Virus record (IMG/VR): IMGVR_UViG_3300021490_000002
Location: 1-64,000 of that record
Strand: one strand, 5' to 3'
From: a virus
DNA length: 64,000 nt
This document shows positions 15,473-26,500 of the stretch, one piece after another. Position numbers and translations under genes: made by a program. The stretch's first letter is position 1; each line of letters begins with the position of its first letter. The notes beneath the pieces were generated by a model. That model did not search any database. It saw nothing but the letters and a program-made list of their open reading frames with translations, and had not been told where the DNA came from.

Positions 15473-16645
15473 ATGGCTACAAAAGAAAGGATGAATTTGA
15501 GAAATCCTGATTCATATACCCTGGGTATTCCTAAAATATACTTTTCTCCAATCCCTTACTCTGGAAACTTTTCAAGGTGGGTGGATTGGAAGGCCTTGGT
15601 CAACGGGATTTTCGGTATTACCGATACCACAGGGCAGGTGATTAATTATCACGGTAATGCTGTTGGAACTCCAGACGACATTAGGAAGAAGTATTACCTT
15701 GGGTCTATAAGCAATCCAAGTCTGGGAGGAGACCTACAGACTTTGGAGCATACAATATCTAACTTAGGCTATGAGGAGACTGACAGAGTTATTGTTTTAC
15801 AAAGGCCGATTGAATATAGTTTCAGCTTTGAAGAGCCTGAGATTGAAAACTTGGGTAAGTTCTTTGTCTCCCAGCCAACGGATTTAGGTGTTACTTTACA
15901 CCTTATGGAAGACCCAAGCTATACTTTCCAAGGTTCTTACAATTCAACTATAACTGTAATAAACAAGAGCATCGGCGACCCTGCAGAAGCTCTTGACGCA
16001 GTAAGGTCTGTATGGTTGAATGCTGGAAAGACAGGGGAACCACCAAATGGTGTTTATGGTTTTATAATTGGTGGAAACTATGAAGCTCCTTTGGTAGGAG
16101 ACTGGGAAAGAAAGAGGCAGTGGTTGGCTTATGCAAATCTTGACTTTGCTACTGAAACAATTGGAACATGGACATATATCAGGCCTAAAGGAACTGCAGC
16201 CAATGACTCTTATGGTAGTGACCCTCTCTTTAGTGTCAACGATGCTGTTCTATCTATTGTGGATAGTCGTCCTTGTGTTGATGACTGTTCTGACTTATGG
16301 CGTGCAGATACTATTCTCTCTTGGAACGGTTTTGAGTGGGTACTTGCAGACGAGGGTTTTTACGGTTTTGCAGTGACTGGAACTAGAAGGGCGTTCAAGA
16401 GAGTGTTCGGTTGCGCTGTAATGACTATGGCCACTGAAATCGGAACATCTATGATTCATGTAATTCCTCGTTGTTCTCTTGTTCCAGATGGTAACTTCAC
16501 TTTTGATATGGAAAACTGGATTACTGGTGGCTTTAGGTTATTCTGTCAGAGGGATGTTTCTGCAAAACTACTTGACAGAAAGCCTGTTGTTTCAATACCA
16601 TTTGGATACCTACAGACTTTTGAGCTTATGCCTTTTAGTGGCTAA
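15473..16645 (+). CDS. Tail tube protein 2
   Basis: YTLGIPKIYF; YLGSI...LEH...ETDRV...FSFEE..IENLGKFF; IPRCSLVPDGNFTF...W. Confidence 0.7.
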   Translation: MATKERMNLRNPDSYTLGIPKIYFSPIPYSGNFSRWVDWKALVNGIFGITDTTGQVINYHGNAVGTPDDIRKKYYLGSISNPSLGGDLQTLEHTISNLGYEETDRVIVLQRPIEYSFSFEEPEIENLGKFFVSQPTDLGVTLHLMEDPSYTFQGSYNSTITVINKSIGDPAEALDAVRSVWLNAGKTGEPPNGVYGFIIGGNYEAPLVGDWERKRQWLAYANLDFATETIGTWTYIRPKGTAANDSYGSDPLFSVNDAVLSIVDSRPCVDDCSDLWRADTILSWNGFEWVLADEGFYGFAVTGTRRAFKRVFGCAVMTMATEIGTSMIHVIPRCSLVPDGNFTFDMENWITGGFRLFCQRDVSAKLLDRKPVVSIPFGYLQTFELMPFSG

Positions 16646-16659
16646 AGCTATAGGGAGTT

Positions 16660-16681
16660 GGCCCCTGACATTTCAGGGGCC
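16660..16681 (+). terminator. Stem-loop after tube gene 2
   Basis: GGCCCCTGA-CATT-TCAGGGGCC. Confidence 0.6.
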
Positions 16682-16721
16682 TTCAGAGTAAAAGATAACA
16701 TTCAGATAGATTTGGGGGGTT

Positions 16722-17105
16722 TTGGTTATGCCGACAACTAATCAGCATAGTGATGATACTTTATTTCAGATTGAAGAGATAGAAGGTTATAAGATAACGC
16801 CATTGAGTTTTGGAAAGCTTACTCTAATATCTCAAGACTTAATTCCTTTAGTTGACAAAATAGCAGACGCTTTCCCTCAGCTTACAATGAGTCCATCTTT
16901 GACTCTTAGAGACATAATTAAAATCGCTTTCTTCATTCTCCCAGATATAACTCCTATACTCGCTAAGGTGCTGGACGTGCCTACAAAGGAAATTGAGAAC
17001 TTGCGTGCCGATGTAGCTGTTAAGATTGCTGCTGCAGTATGGCGTTTAAATAAAGAGGTTCTTATAAATTTTTTTTCAATAGGATTCGGGGAGACGAACA
17101 GTTAA
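16722..17105 (+). CDS. Tail assembly chaperone (gpG-like)
   Basis: Between tube and tape measure; ends ...INFF with slippery T8 run at 17069-17076. Confidence 0.75.
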   Translation: MVMPTTNQHSDDTLFQIEEIEGYKITPLSFGKLTLISQDLIPLVDKIADAFPQLTMSPSLTLRDIIKIAFFILPDITPILAKVLDVPTKEIENLRADVAVKIAAAVWRLNKEVLINFFSIGFGETNS

Positions 17106-17548
17106 GTTCTCCTCTTCCAGAAGAAGTAACAATAACTCAGATATTTTCGTACCTCATCTCCAAAGGCCATTCATATAACGACCTTTACTGGGTCTATCCC
17201 ATTCAATTGGTTTATCAATTCTACAACCATACCTATAATGAAGAGAAACGTGATTGGTTAGTCTTAGCTAATCTTTTGCGTGTTGCTGCTTATACTGCTA
17301 AAGACTTGACTAAAGAGGGTAATGTAGAGATAAATAAGTTATGGACAAAATTGACGGATACTCTTAAACCAAGTAATATAATTAGAGAAATAAAAACAGA
17401 TAGGAAAAGACCTAAGAAAAAAGTAGAGGCTAAAAACGTGAATGAAGCTGTAATGTCTGAGGATGATGATATTGTAAAAACTTTTGTTGGGTCTATTGGA
17501 GCACAGGTTCAAACGCCATTAAAAATAACTAAGAAGAGGGTGAGATAA
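17075..17548 (+). CDS. Tail assembly chaperone -1 frameshift extension (gpGT-like)
   Basis: The -1 frame is open from the T run (FNRIRGDEQ...YLISKGHSY...) into track ORF 17207..17548. Confidence 0.75.
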   Translation, partial: FNRIRGDEQLSSPLPEEVTITQIFSYLISKGHSYNDLYWVYPIQLVYQFYNHTYNEEKRDWLVLANLLRVAAYTAKDLTKEGNVEINKLWTKLTDTLKPSNIIREIKTDRKRPKKKVEAKNVNEAVMSEDDDIVKTFVGSIGAQVQTPLKITKKRVR

Positions 17549-20500
17549 ATGCCTAACATGGAAGGTTTTACTGTTCCGTTTAAATTGATTGTAGATGCAG
17601 CGGGAAGTATTGACAAAGTAATTAACGAACTGCTGGGACAGTTAAGGCAGTTACAGAATAATGTTAATATCAAAATTGATGCAGACTTAGGTATAGATAC
17701 GGCTAGGTTCATAAAGGACCTAAATAAAGTAAAGCTAGACGTTTCAAGATTTAAAATTGACATTCCTGTTTATGCAAATACAAAGGCCTTAGAATTAGTA
17801 AAAAAGACGGTAAAAGTTGACGTTGAAGCTGTCAAGGAATCTCTTACATCTTTAGTTGACTCCTACACAAAAAGGTTCGAGCAACTTGTAAATACAACCA
17901 AAGCTATTTCTAAACTTAAGCTCACTTCTCCTTCCCAGCAGAAAGAGTTTGAGGCACTTTTCCAAGAAGGTGTTAGGCAGTTAAATATGATGAAGACTGC
18001 CATTGAAAACGTGTATGCTCATCTCCAGCATTTATCTGTAAGGTTGGCTTCTGCTGCATCTGCAGGAAATAAACAATTGATAACGGAGATAGCTGGGCAG
18101 TATAGTCAGCTATCCAAAATTTCCGCAGAAGTTACAAAACGGATAGAGGAACGTTTTTCCAAATCATTTGACTCCTTATTGAAACAAGCAACGGCTTTTG
18201 CAAATGAAATAAATACTATTAGTGGAAGCTTAGTCATACCAACGTTCTTGACTGGGGAGGGAATACATAGGGGTGGATATTTTAAGGAGCTGATTGCAGA
18301 GGCTGAAAAATTTAAACGGGTTTTGATGAGCGTTACGATGGACGAAAAGCAGGTTGGGGAGTTACTGCAAGGGTTTGACTATAGTGGTATTTCTGCAATG
18401 CGGGCTGAAGTTAGTAGGTTACAAGGAGAAATGTCTTTCCTTATTGATACTATACAAAAAGTAAAAGGGGAAGGAGGAGAGGAAGGAGCAAAGAAAGAAA
18501 TTGATATTTCCCCGTATTTAAAGAAGTTCAAGGAAATTCGCTCCCAATTACTTCGTGTAAGTGAGGAATATAAAGCTTTTGTTTCCCAGCAATTAGAAAG
18601 TAACCTGCAGCTAAAAACTGGGGAAGAAGGTTGGAGAAAGAGTTTAAATGTAATCTCATCTATTGTTGACATGGCTGCTAAGTACAAGAGCCAAATACTT
18701 ACCCTAACCGAATATTTGAAAGAAGGATACAATATTTTAAAGGTGCAGGATAGTTTCTATAGCGCCCTATTATCTCTGGCCAGAAGTGGTCAGGAAGTGG
18801 AAGCTAAGAAGGTTGCTGACTTAGTTAAAGAGTCGAAATTTTTAGAGCAAGCAGAACAATACCTCAGTAACTTAGTTAGATATGAAAGAGAATACTCAGA
18901 GGCTCTAGGAAGTTCATTGGTTGGTGTGAGAGGGCGGAAGGTGTTTCTTGAAGAGCAGCTAAGGGTATTGAAGTCAATGTTTGTTTTAACTGAGGGGACG
19001 AATGCTGCAAATATATTTGACCAGTTAGTGCAGACTCAGGAAAAGCTAGCCGAAACAACTGCTCTTGAGAAATTTAAAAATGACTTAGCTTCCATCGGGA
19101 CGACTATATCTTCTTCTCCTTTAGCTGCTACAAAACGTTTAATCAAGGCCGTAAACGAATATAGCTTGGCTACAGGGAAGTCTGCTGCTGAATCTGAAAC
19201 TACACTTTCTGCTATCACTACGCTAATCAACCAACTTGTTACAAATTATAAGAAATTGGACAATTTGAAACTCCCGACTGAGACTGTACTAAACTTTAAA
19301 AAACAGATTGTGGACTCTCTTGATATAATTACTCAATTAGGAGTTGTTAGTGAATCTACTGCAAAAGAGATAAGAAAGGCCTTTGGAAGTGAACAAATAA
19401 AACTGGAATCTCTTTCCTTCCAGTTATCTGCCCAGAAGGATATTGCTCGTAATCTGGAAAAGGTTCTTGCTTTACAAGTGGCTGGAGTTGATGTGGTTAA
19501 GAACTTAGAGGAGATGGAACGCCAGTATATTAGAGCTAAGAGAGATGGTGTAGATATAGAAAATTTTCTCCTGAAGGCCGTTGAGAATAGATATGCTGTT
19601 ACGAATAACTTAGTGGAAGTTTACAGGAGGTTTGTAGAATTAGGTAAAGATGTGAACTTGATGCCTAAGCAACAACTAGCTCAGTTGGAATCTGCAAAGA
19701 AAACTCTGGAATTAATTGTTGGGTTGTCAAAGAAGTTGTCCGAGGAAGAGCGTCTAAAACTTGGAGTGGATACGGAATCTATCAAGACCTATAAAACTGA
19801 ACTTATGAGCTTAATTGCCGAGAGAACAAAAGAGGTTGAGCAGATAAAAGTATCGGAAGAATTTGAGTCTAAGGCCATAGAGCTGATACGGCGTAGAAGT
19901 AGGCTTGAAGCCGAAGTAAGACAATCTCTAGCTGAAGGGACTAAACTAATCTCGGAGGCTACCAACCAGTATAGAGAGTATTTGTCAGTCGTAGATAAGG
20001 TTATACTAGCTATTCAGAAAGGGGTGATAGGAGTTGAAGAAGACCTCAGCTTAAGCGAAGTAAAGAAAAATGTAGTGTCCTCTATAGCCAAAGAATATCA
20101 AACCCTAGTTTCTCTTTCCCAGAAGTATGAGGCAGGCTCTATTGAGCACATACGTATTCTGGAGCAACAAAAGAATCTGTTGAAGGGAATGTTAGACCTG
20201 GTTGGGACAGGTAAGTTTGAATTTCCTGTAGGTGGTTTTGAAAATGTGGAAGCTATTAAAAAGGCATACCAGTCTGTCGTAGAAACTATCCAGAGGCTTA
20301 CAATTCCTACAAAAGAATCTATGTTTGCTATTGACACAAGTAAGTTGGTTGCTCTGGAAGAAAAGGTAAAGGTAATTAAAAGGAACCTGGAAGCCACAGA
20401 ATTTAAAATTTCTATTGACACTTCGGATTTCATTAAAACTATTGATTCAACCGAACAGGTAAAAACTTCCTTGCGCAGTTACGCTTCTGCACTCCGTTCT

Positions 20501-23500
20501 CTATACACAGAACAACTTAGGAATAAGGCAGCAACGGATGAGCAGAGGATATCCACACTTAAAACACTCACTTCTGTAGAACAAGAGTTAAACATAACTA
20601 CTGAATTTGAGCGTAGGTTGAAGTCTTTAAGCGACTATCTTGCATCTAAGAGTACAACCCTAGAGCAGTTCTTTTCTTCTCCAGAAACAGTCTTACAAAG
20701 ACTTACTACGACTGAATTGAATACTTTGCAGAGGCGTCTTACTGACGTTGGCGTTGTTTTGCAGAAAGTATTTACAGTCACCCCCACAACTAATCCTTTT
20801 AAGGCCCTAGCTGACTCTGCAAAGGTTTTAGAGGATAGAATAAAAGGGGTGCGTGAAGTAATGGCAGGGCTGAAGGAAGTTAGCTTTGCTGATATTCTTA
20901 AGGAGCGTGAAGCTACCCTTACTGCCCAGATTAAAGAGAGAATAGCAGACCTGCAGCAAGGTGGAAATGTTATTGAAAAATGGCGGAGGCTGATAGAATC
21001 TGTAAATACTGCTCTTAAAGAAGGCGTGTCTATAAACGATGAAATGCTATCTGTCTTGTTTAAAGAAGAAACTATTTACAGAAAAATTTATGAGTATGCT
21101 CAGCAATTAGTTAATTATGCGACTGCAAATATAGATAAGCTTCCAAAAAACATACAACAAACCTTAGCCACTCAAGCAAACGAGGCTAAGAAAATCTTAG
21201 AGCAATATTCTGGAGTAGGAAATTTTGAAGGATACTCGGAATTCACTAAGTCCCTGACTTCTTTAAATAAACAGGTTGGTGTTGGAGAGTTTGAGAATAT
21301 TACAAAGGCAATGAATCAGTTAGAAGAGGTTAGGCGTGTTATTAGTGAAATGGGAGAGGCATTTATTGGTCCTACTAGAAAAATCAAGAGCGACTATGAA
21401 GCTGTAGGTGGCTTTGTAGATGCTACCGTTAAAGAGATAAAGAAGTGGAGGGATTTAAATGACCAGATTTTGAAAGATGCTAACTTTATTAAAAATGTTG
21501 ATGAAGAGACTTACAATATCAAACGGAAGGATGTTCAAGAGCTAAACAACATGGTTCGTCTTCTCCAGAGGGCACAAGAGCTTAACGCTCGTCTCCAATC
21601 ATATTCAGTCAAGACAGGCGTTTCTCTGGAGGAGATGAAGACTCCAGAGGGTTTGTTGAAGCTAAACGAAGCTACTAAAAGCACACCTAAGCTCTACCTT
21701 GACATTCTGAAGGCGAACGATGAGTACGCAAAGTTATTGAAGCAGATTTCTGACACTATCCCAAAATCTAAGGAACTTCAGGAAATTTTTGGGGCTTACG
21801 CTAGTGCCTTTGATAAGGCTGCTAGAGAAGCAGATGAGGTTAATACAAAGTTAAAGACTTTAGAAACATTAAAAGAAAAGCAAGTCAGACGGGAAGCTGG
21901 TGCATCTATCTTGGATATATTTAGACTTAATTGGTTTATCCAGCTACGTTTATTCTGGCAGGCATACTTGTTCCTCGGAAGATTAAATGAGGAAGCTATA
22001 GAATTCCTACATAACATGAAACTTTTAGGCGCAATTACTCAAGCCTCCTCTCAAGATATCGAAACCTTAACTAATGCTTTTGATGAGCTAGGAAAGACTG
22101 TTGCCTATTCTATGTCTGAGTTGGCAAAAGCTGGAACAGAGATAGCTAAGGCTGGTTATTCTATCCAGGATACAATTAAGATTTTAGAAACAGGGTCTAA
22201 GCTAGCGTACACAACGGGTGCATCTATAGAAGATTCAGCAAACGTTATTACTACTGTATTACGTGCATGGAGTATGGATGCAGGTAGGGCAGAAGAGGTT
22301 TCCAACATTCTTTTTAATACAATTGTTAATTCTAAAGCCTCTCTCGATGGGTTAAAGACGGCTATTGGATATGTTGCAGGTATTGCTCCGCAGGCAAATG
22401 TTACTTTTTCTGAAATATCTGCTATGTTAGGTATTCTTACAAACGCTGGATTACAAGCGTCTAAAGCAGGTACATACACTAGACAGTTTATTAATGCACT
22501 TTTAAACCCGTCAGCCAAACTCATAGATTCTCTACATAAAGTCGGATTATCTTTGTCTGATGTTGACATAAAGTCAGGAGGAATAATTAAGGTCTTGCAA
22601 CGGATGCACGATGCTGGTTTTAATGTAGCGGATGCTTTTGATAGTATGAATGTGAGAGCAGCATCGGCGTTCTCTGTATTGATTAGAAATACTGATATTT
22701 TAGAGGAATTTACAAATACGTTGGAGTCCCAGCAGGTATTGTTAGATGCATTTGGCGAGAGTGCTGATTCCTTAAAAGCGCATTTAACACTTATGGTAAA
22801 TAGTCTGGTTACTGAGTTTGCAAAGAATATGGATTCGTTGAGTCCTGTTATAGAAGGTGTACTGGCTGGAGCTGAGGATATGATAACGGGCGTCTTACGC
22901 CTTGTAGAGTTATTTATTGGATGGATGGATAATCTTGGCTATACAGGGAAACAGACGGCAGTTAAATTTTCTGAAATAACCACTGTTATGCTTGCCTTAG
23001 TTAGTGCTATGGGACTCCTAAGTAAAATAATGCCCAAACTTATCGGCCTTTTTGAACTTTTCGCAGGTGCTCTTAATCCCTGGGTTTTTGTTGCTCTTAC
23101 AACGGCCTTTGGGAGTTTCTTGGCATTGGCCCGAGCCTCTATCTCTGATATTGATGAGGTGACAGGAAAACTCTCAGACTTACGTGATTCTTTAAAAGAG
23201 CTCCAGAGTATAGCTAAAGAGGGTATAAATATAAGGGTGAAGCTAGAACGTGGAATAGAGATAGCGAATTTGGGAAATGTGTTTCGGGATAAACTGCAGG
23301 AGTTTTATAAAGTTGCATCTTCAGGGAACCAGAAGTTAATTCAAAAGATGTTTTCCCGTGGAGATGTAAAAGTAGTAGTTAGAGCTTTTATGGAGTCTGT
23401 AACTTCTGCACTCATGAACTATCCTGATAAAGATATACAGGAGATAGGTAAGCGCCTTCGTGACCAGATATTTACAATGGAAGCTGGACCAGAAGAAGTG

Positions 23501-26500
23501 GCAAGAACTGTTGAACAATTTTATACGACACTGACAAAGTTAAATGGTGCCTTCCTGAAAAACGCCGATATTTTGAAAGGTAAGTGGACTTCAGCGTTAG
23601 AAAAAGGGACTACAGTTCTTGAAAAGTTAGATGATACAATGCACCAGTTAATTGATTCGTTTAAAGTTTTGAAAGAAAAGAAAGCTGACCTTGAATCTTT
23701 GGATTGGGAAGCTAGCCCTCAAACAATAGATACGGTTACAAAGGCTTTTACTGAGAGTAGGAAGCAATATCTTGAAAATCTTAAAAAGACTTTTGCTATC
23801 ATCCAAGCATCTTTCTCTGCAATTCCAAAAACTAAAGAGGGGATTCCACAACTAGAGATACTGCAGGGACAATTAGAAAGGTTAAAAATTATAATTTCAG
23901 AAGTTACTAGTTTAAAGGGCGAGAATGCTATCTTTTCTAAAGACGAAGTGGCTAAGTTAAAAGAGATGACAAACGCAATAGATGAATTTGAAAATAAGAT
24001 TAATGTAACAAAGGCTACTATACAAAAAACTGTAGATGAGACTATAACTGATATATCGAGTAAGGTTACACAAAAGACTAAGGAAAGTATTCAACAAGCA
24101 GACATGGCTATTTTAAAGGAGGTTGATAAACTACTTAAAGACCTAAAAAGTCTAACCTCAAAAGTTACTGTCGGCGTTAAACTTACTCTTCTTTCTCCCC
24201 AGAAAGGGAATATTGCCAACTTGAAAAAGGACCTCTCTGATGTTTACGAGAAGACTCAAACAATATTAGCTTCTATCACACATCTATCTCGTGGAGTATT
24301 TTCTTTATCCTCTTCACAAGCAAAAGAGCTAGTACAATCCCTTGAACAGATATGGACGGCCATTTCTACGGATTTGAAGAGGACTGCAAAAGATGGGGTG
24401 GTTACCTTTGATGAAATAACTAAAGCAGCCGAAAGATTAAGAAGCAGCACATCCTTACGTCAATTTAGCTTAGAAGGTTTAATGCGTGTTCTGGGAGTAG
24501 GAAGAGAGGCAGTGCAGGCTCTTGAGAATGAGGTAAATGCAGGTCTCCTAGATACTTTCAGTAATTTGGAATTTAAGATTAATGAAGTGGGTAAGGCCCT
24601 TGAGTATATTCAAAAGCATCGGAAGGCTTTTGATGCCAAGGATGTGAAACAAGTTGTTAATCTCTTGGATAATCTCTTAAATAAGCAAGTTCAGTTCTTA
24701 CAAACTATAACTCAAGCCTCCACTTCTATCTTCCAGAGCGCTAACTATGCTATGTCGATTTCTTCTTCCATACGGGAGGCATTTACAGGGACGGCCTCTT
24801 TGGACGATTTACTAGGTGTTTCTGATACTATCAAGTCGCTGGAAAAACTAAAGGGGAATGTAACTGATGTAATAATTGAGTTTGATGCGCTTCATAGTAA
24901 GTTTGGTGACTTATCAGCGCTTTTAGGGAAGAATGCAGAGAATTCTATGATTGCGCAACAGGCATTCGCTAAGCTGGGACGAACTGCCTCACAAAGGTTG
25001 GATGGTCTTGTGGATAGTTTGAGAAGTAGTGCTACTGAAATAAAGAACATTACAAATGAAATCAAAAATCTTAATGTTGAAATAGCAAAGATAAAATTTG
25101 ATTGGCTAAAGACCTTAGAAGAATTTAAAGTTAAGTATAAAGGACCTGAATATGAATTTAAGGCACAACAAGAGAATTTAATAAATCAAGGAAAGTATGT
25201 TCAGGAAGTTCTACAAAATAACCCTTCCATAGATACTGTTGTCTCTGCATTAACTGAATTTAGAAATAGCTTGATAGAGTTTGCAAAAGCTAACGCCTAT
25301 CAACGTGTAGGAAAAGAATCTTTTACAAGGGCGGAGGAGATTACTAAAGCTATCATTCAACTGCGGGAGAAGCAAAAAGCTCTACTAGAGGCAAGACTTC
25401 AGATTCAGTTGAACTATTATGCTATGGTCTCAAAATTTGCATTGTCGGTGATTGACTTGCTGGGAAGGATTAAAGGAATTCTTGGAGAGCTTTACAAAGT
25501 AACGGCAGGGCAAAAAGCAGCAGGAGAAGCTGCTACTAAGGGTCAAGAGGGAGTTAAAGCACCAAAAGCACCTACTGGAGTGAAGCCAGAGGCAGGTAAG
25601 CTACAACCGCCAACTAAAGCAACTAAACCAACTACACCGCCAGCTCCTACTACTACTCCAGAAGTTGCAAAGACCCCCAACATAAATACACAAAGTTTAC
25701 AGGAATACGCACAAAAGTTGATGGAGTCATCCCAGAGGTTAAAACAGTCTTCTGCTGATTTGAATAGTTTTATCAATAGTTTAAGTAAGTTAGGTGGGGC
25801 TTTAAAGAGACAGAAAGTGAATGTGTTGTCAGCTAAAGAAGCCTTGATGAATTATTCAGCTAGTCTCGGGACTATTAATAGTATAATTCAGCAAACTTTT
25901 AATTCAATGGCAGACACTATTAGGGGAACTTTAGCTAATGTTATGACCTCAGCACTAAAGCAAGCATTTGAAGGTGACGTGGATTGGTATGGATTGTTTA
26001 GTGCTTTTTACTACCAGATTATGCAAATGTATTTTGATATGCTGCTAAAGATAATGATGCAGGCGATGATTCAAAAGTTAGGCGGGAAAGAGTTAATGGA
26101 TACTTTGTTCGGAACGTCAAATGCTTCGGCTTTTCAATCAGCGGTAGCTTCTAGTGCCACGTCTTTTTCATCTGCAGTTAATAATGCGTCAACTGAAATT
26201 ATAACGGCTGGGCAAACATTTCATTACTATGTAGCTAACGCTGCTTTAGCTATCCAAAACGCTGCTGCTTCCTTGGCTGCAGCGTCAGCGTCAAGTGCAG
26301 CTAGTACTGCTTTTAATCCAGTTTCTTTGATGGGTCCGATGATGTCTTTACTATCTGGAGCTGCTGGAGCTGGTGCGCCTGGAGGCGGTGGAGCCAAGCC
26401 TCCTTCTGGTCCTTATAATAATCTTCAACTACCTAAGCCTCAATTCCCGTCATATAAGGTATTTAAAGGCGGTTTAATTCCAGGCTATTATACTGGGGGT

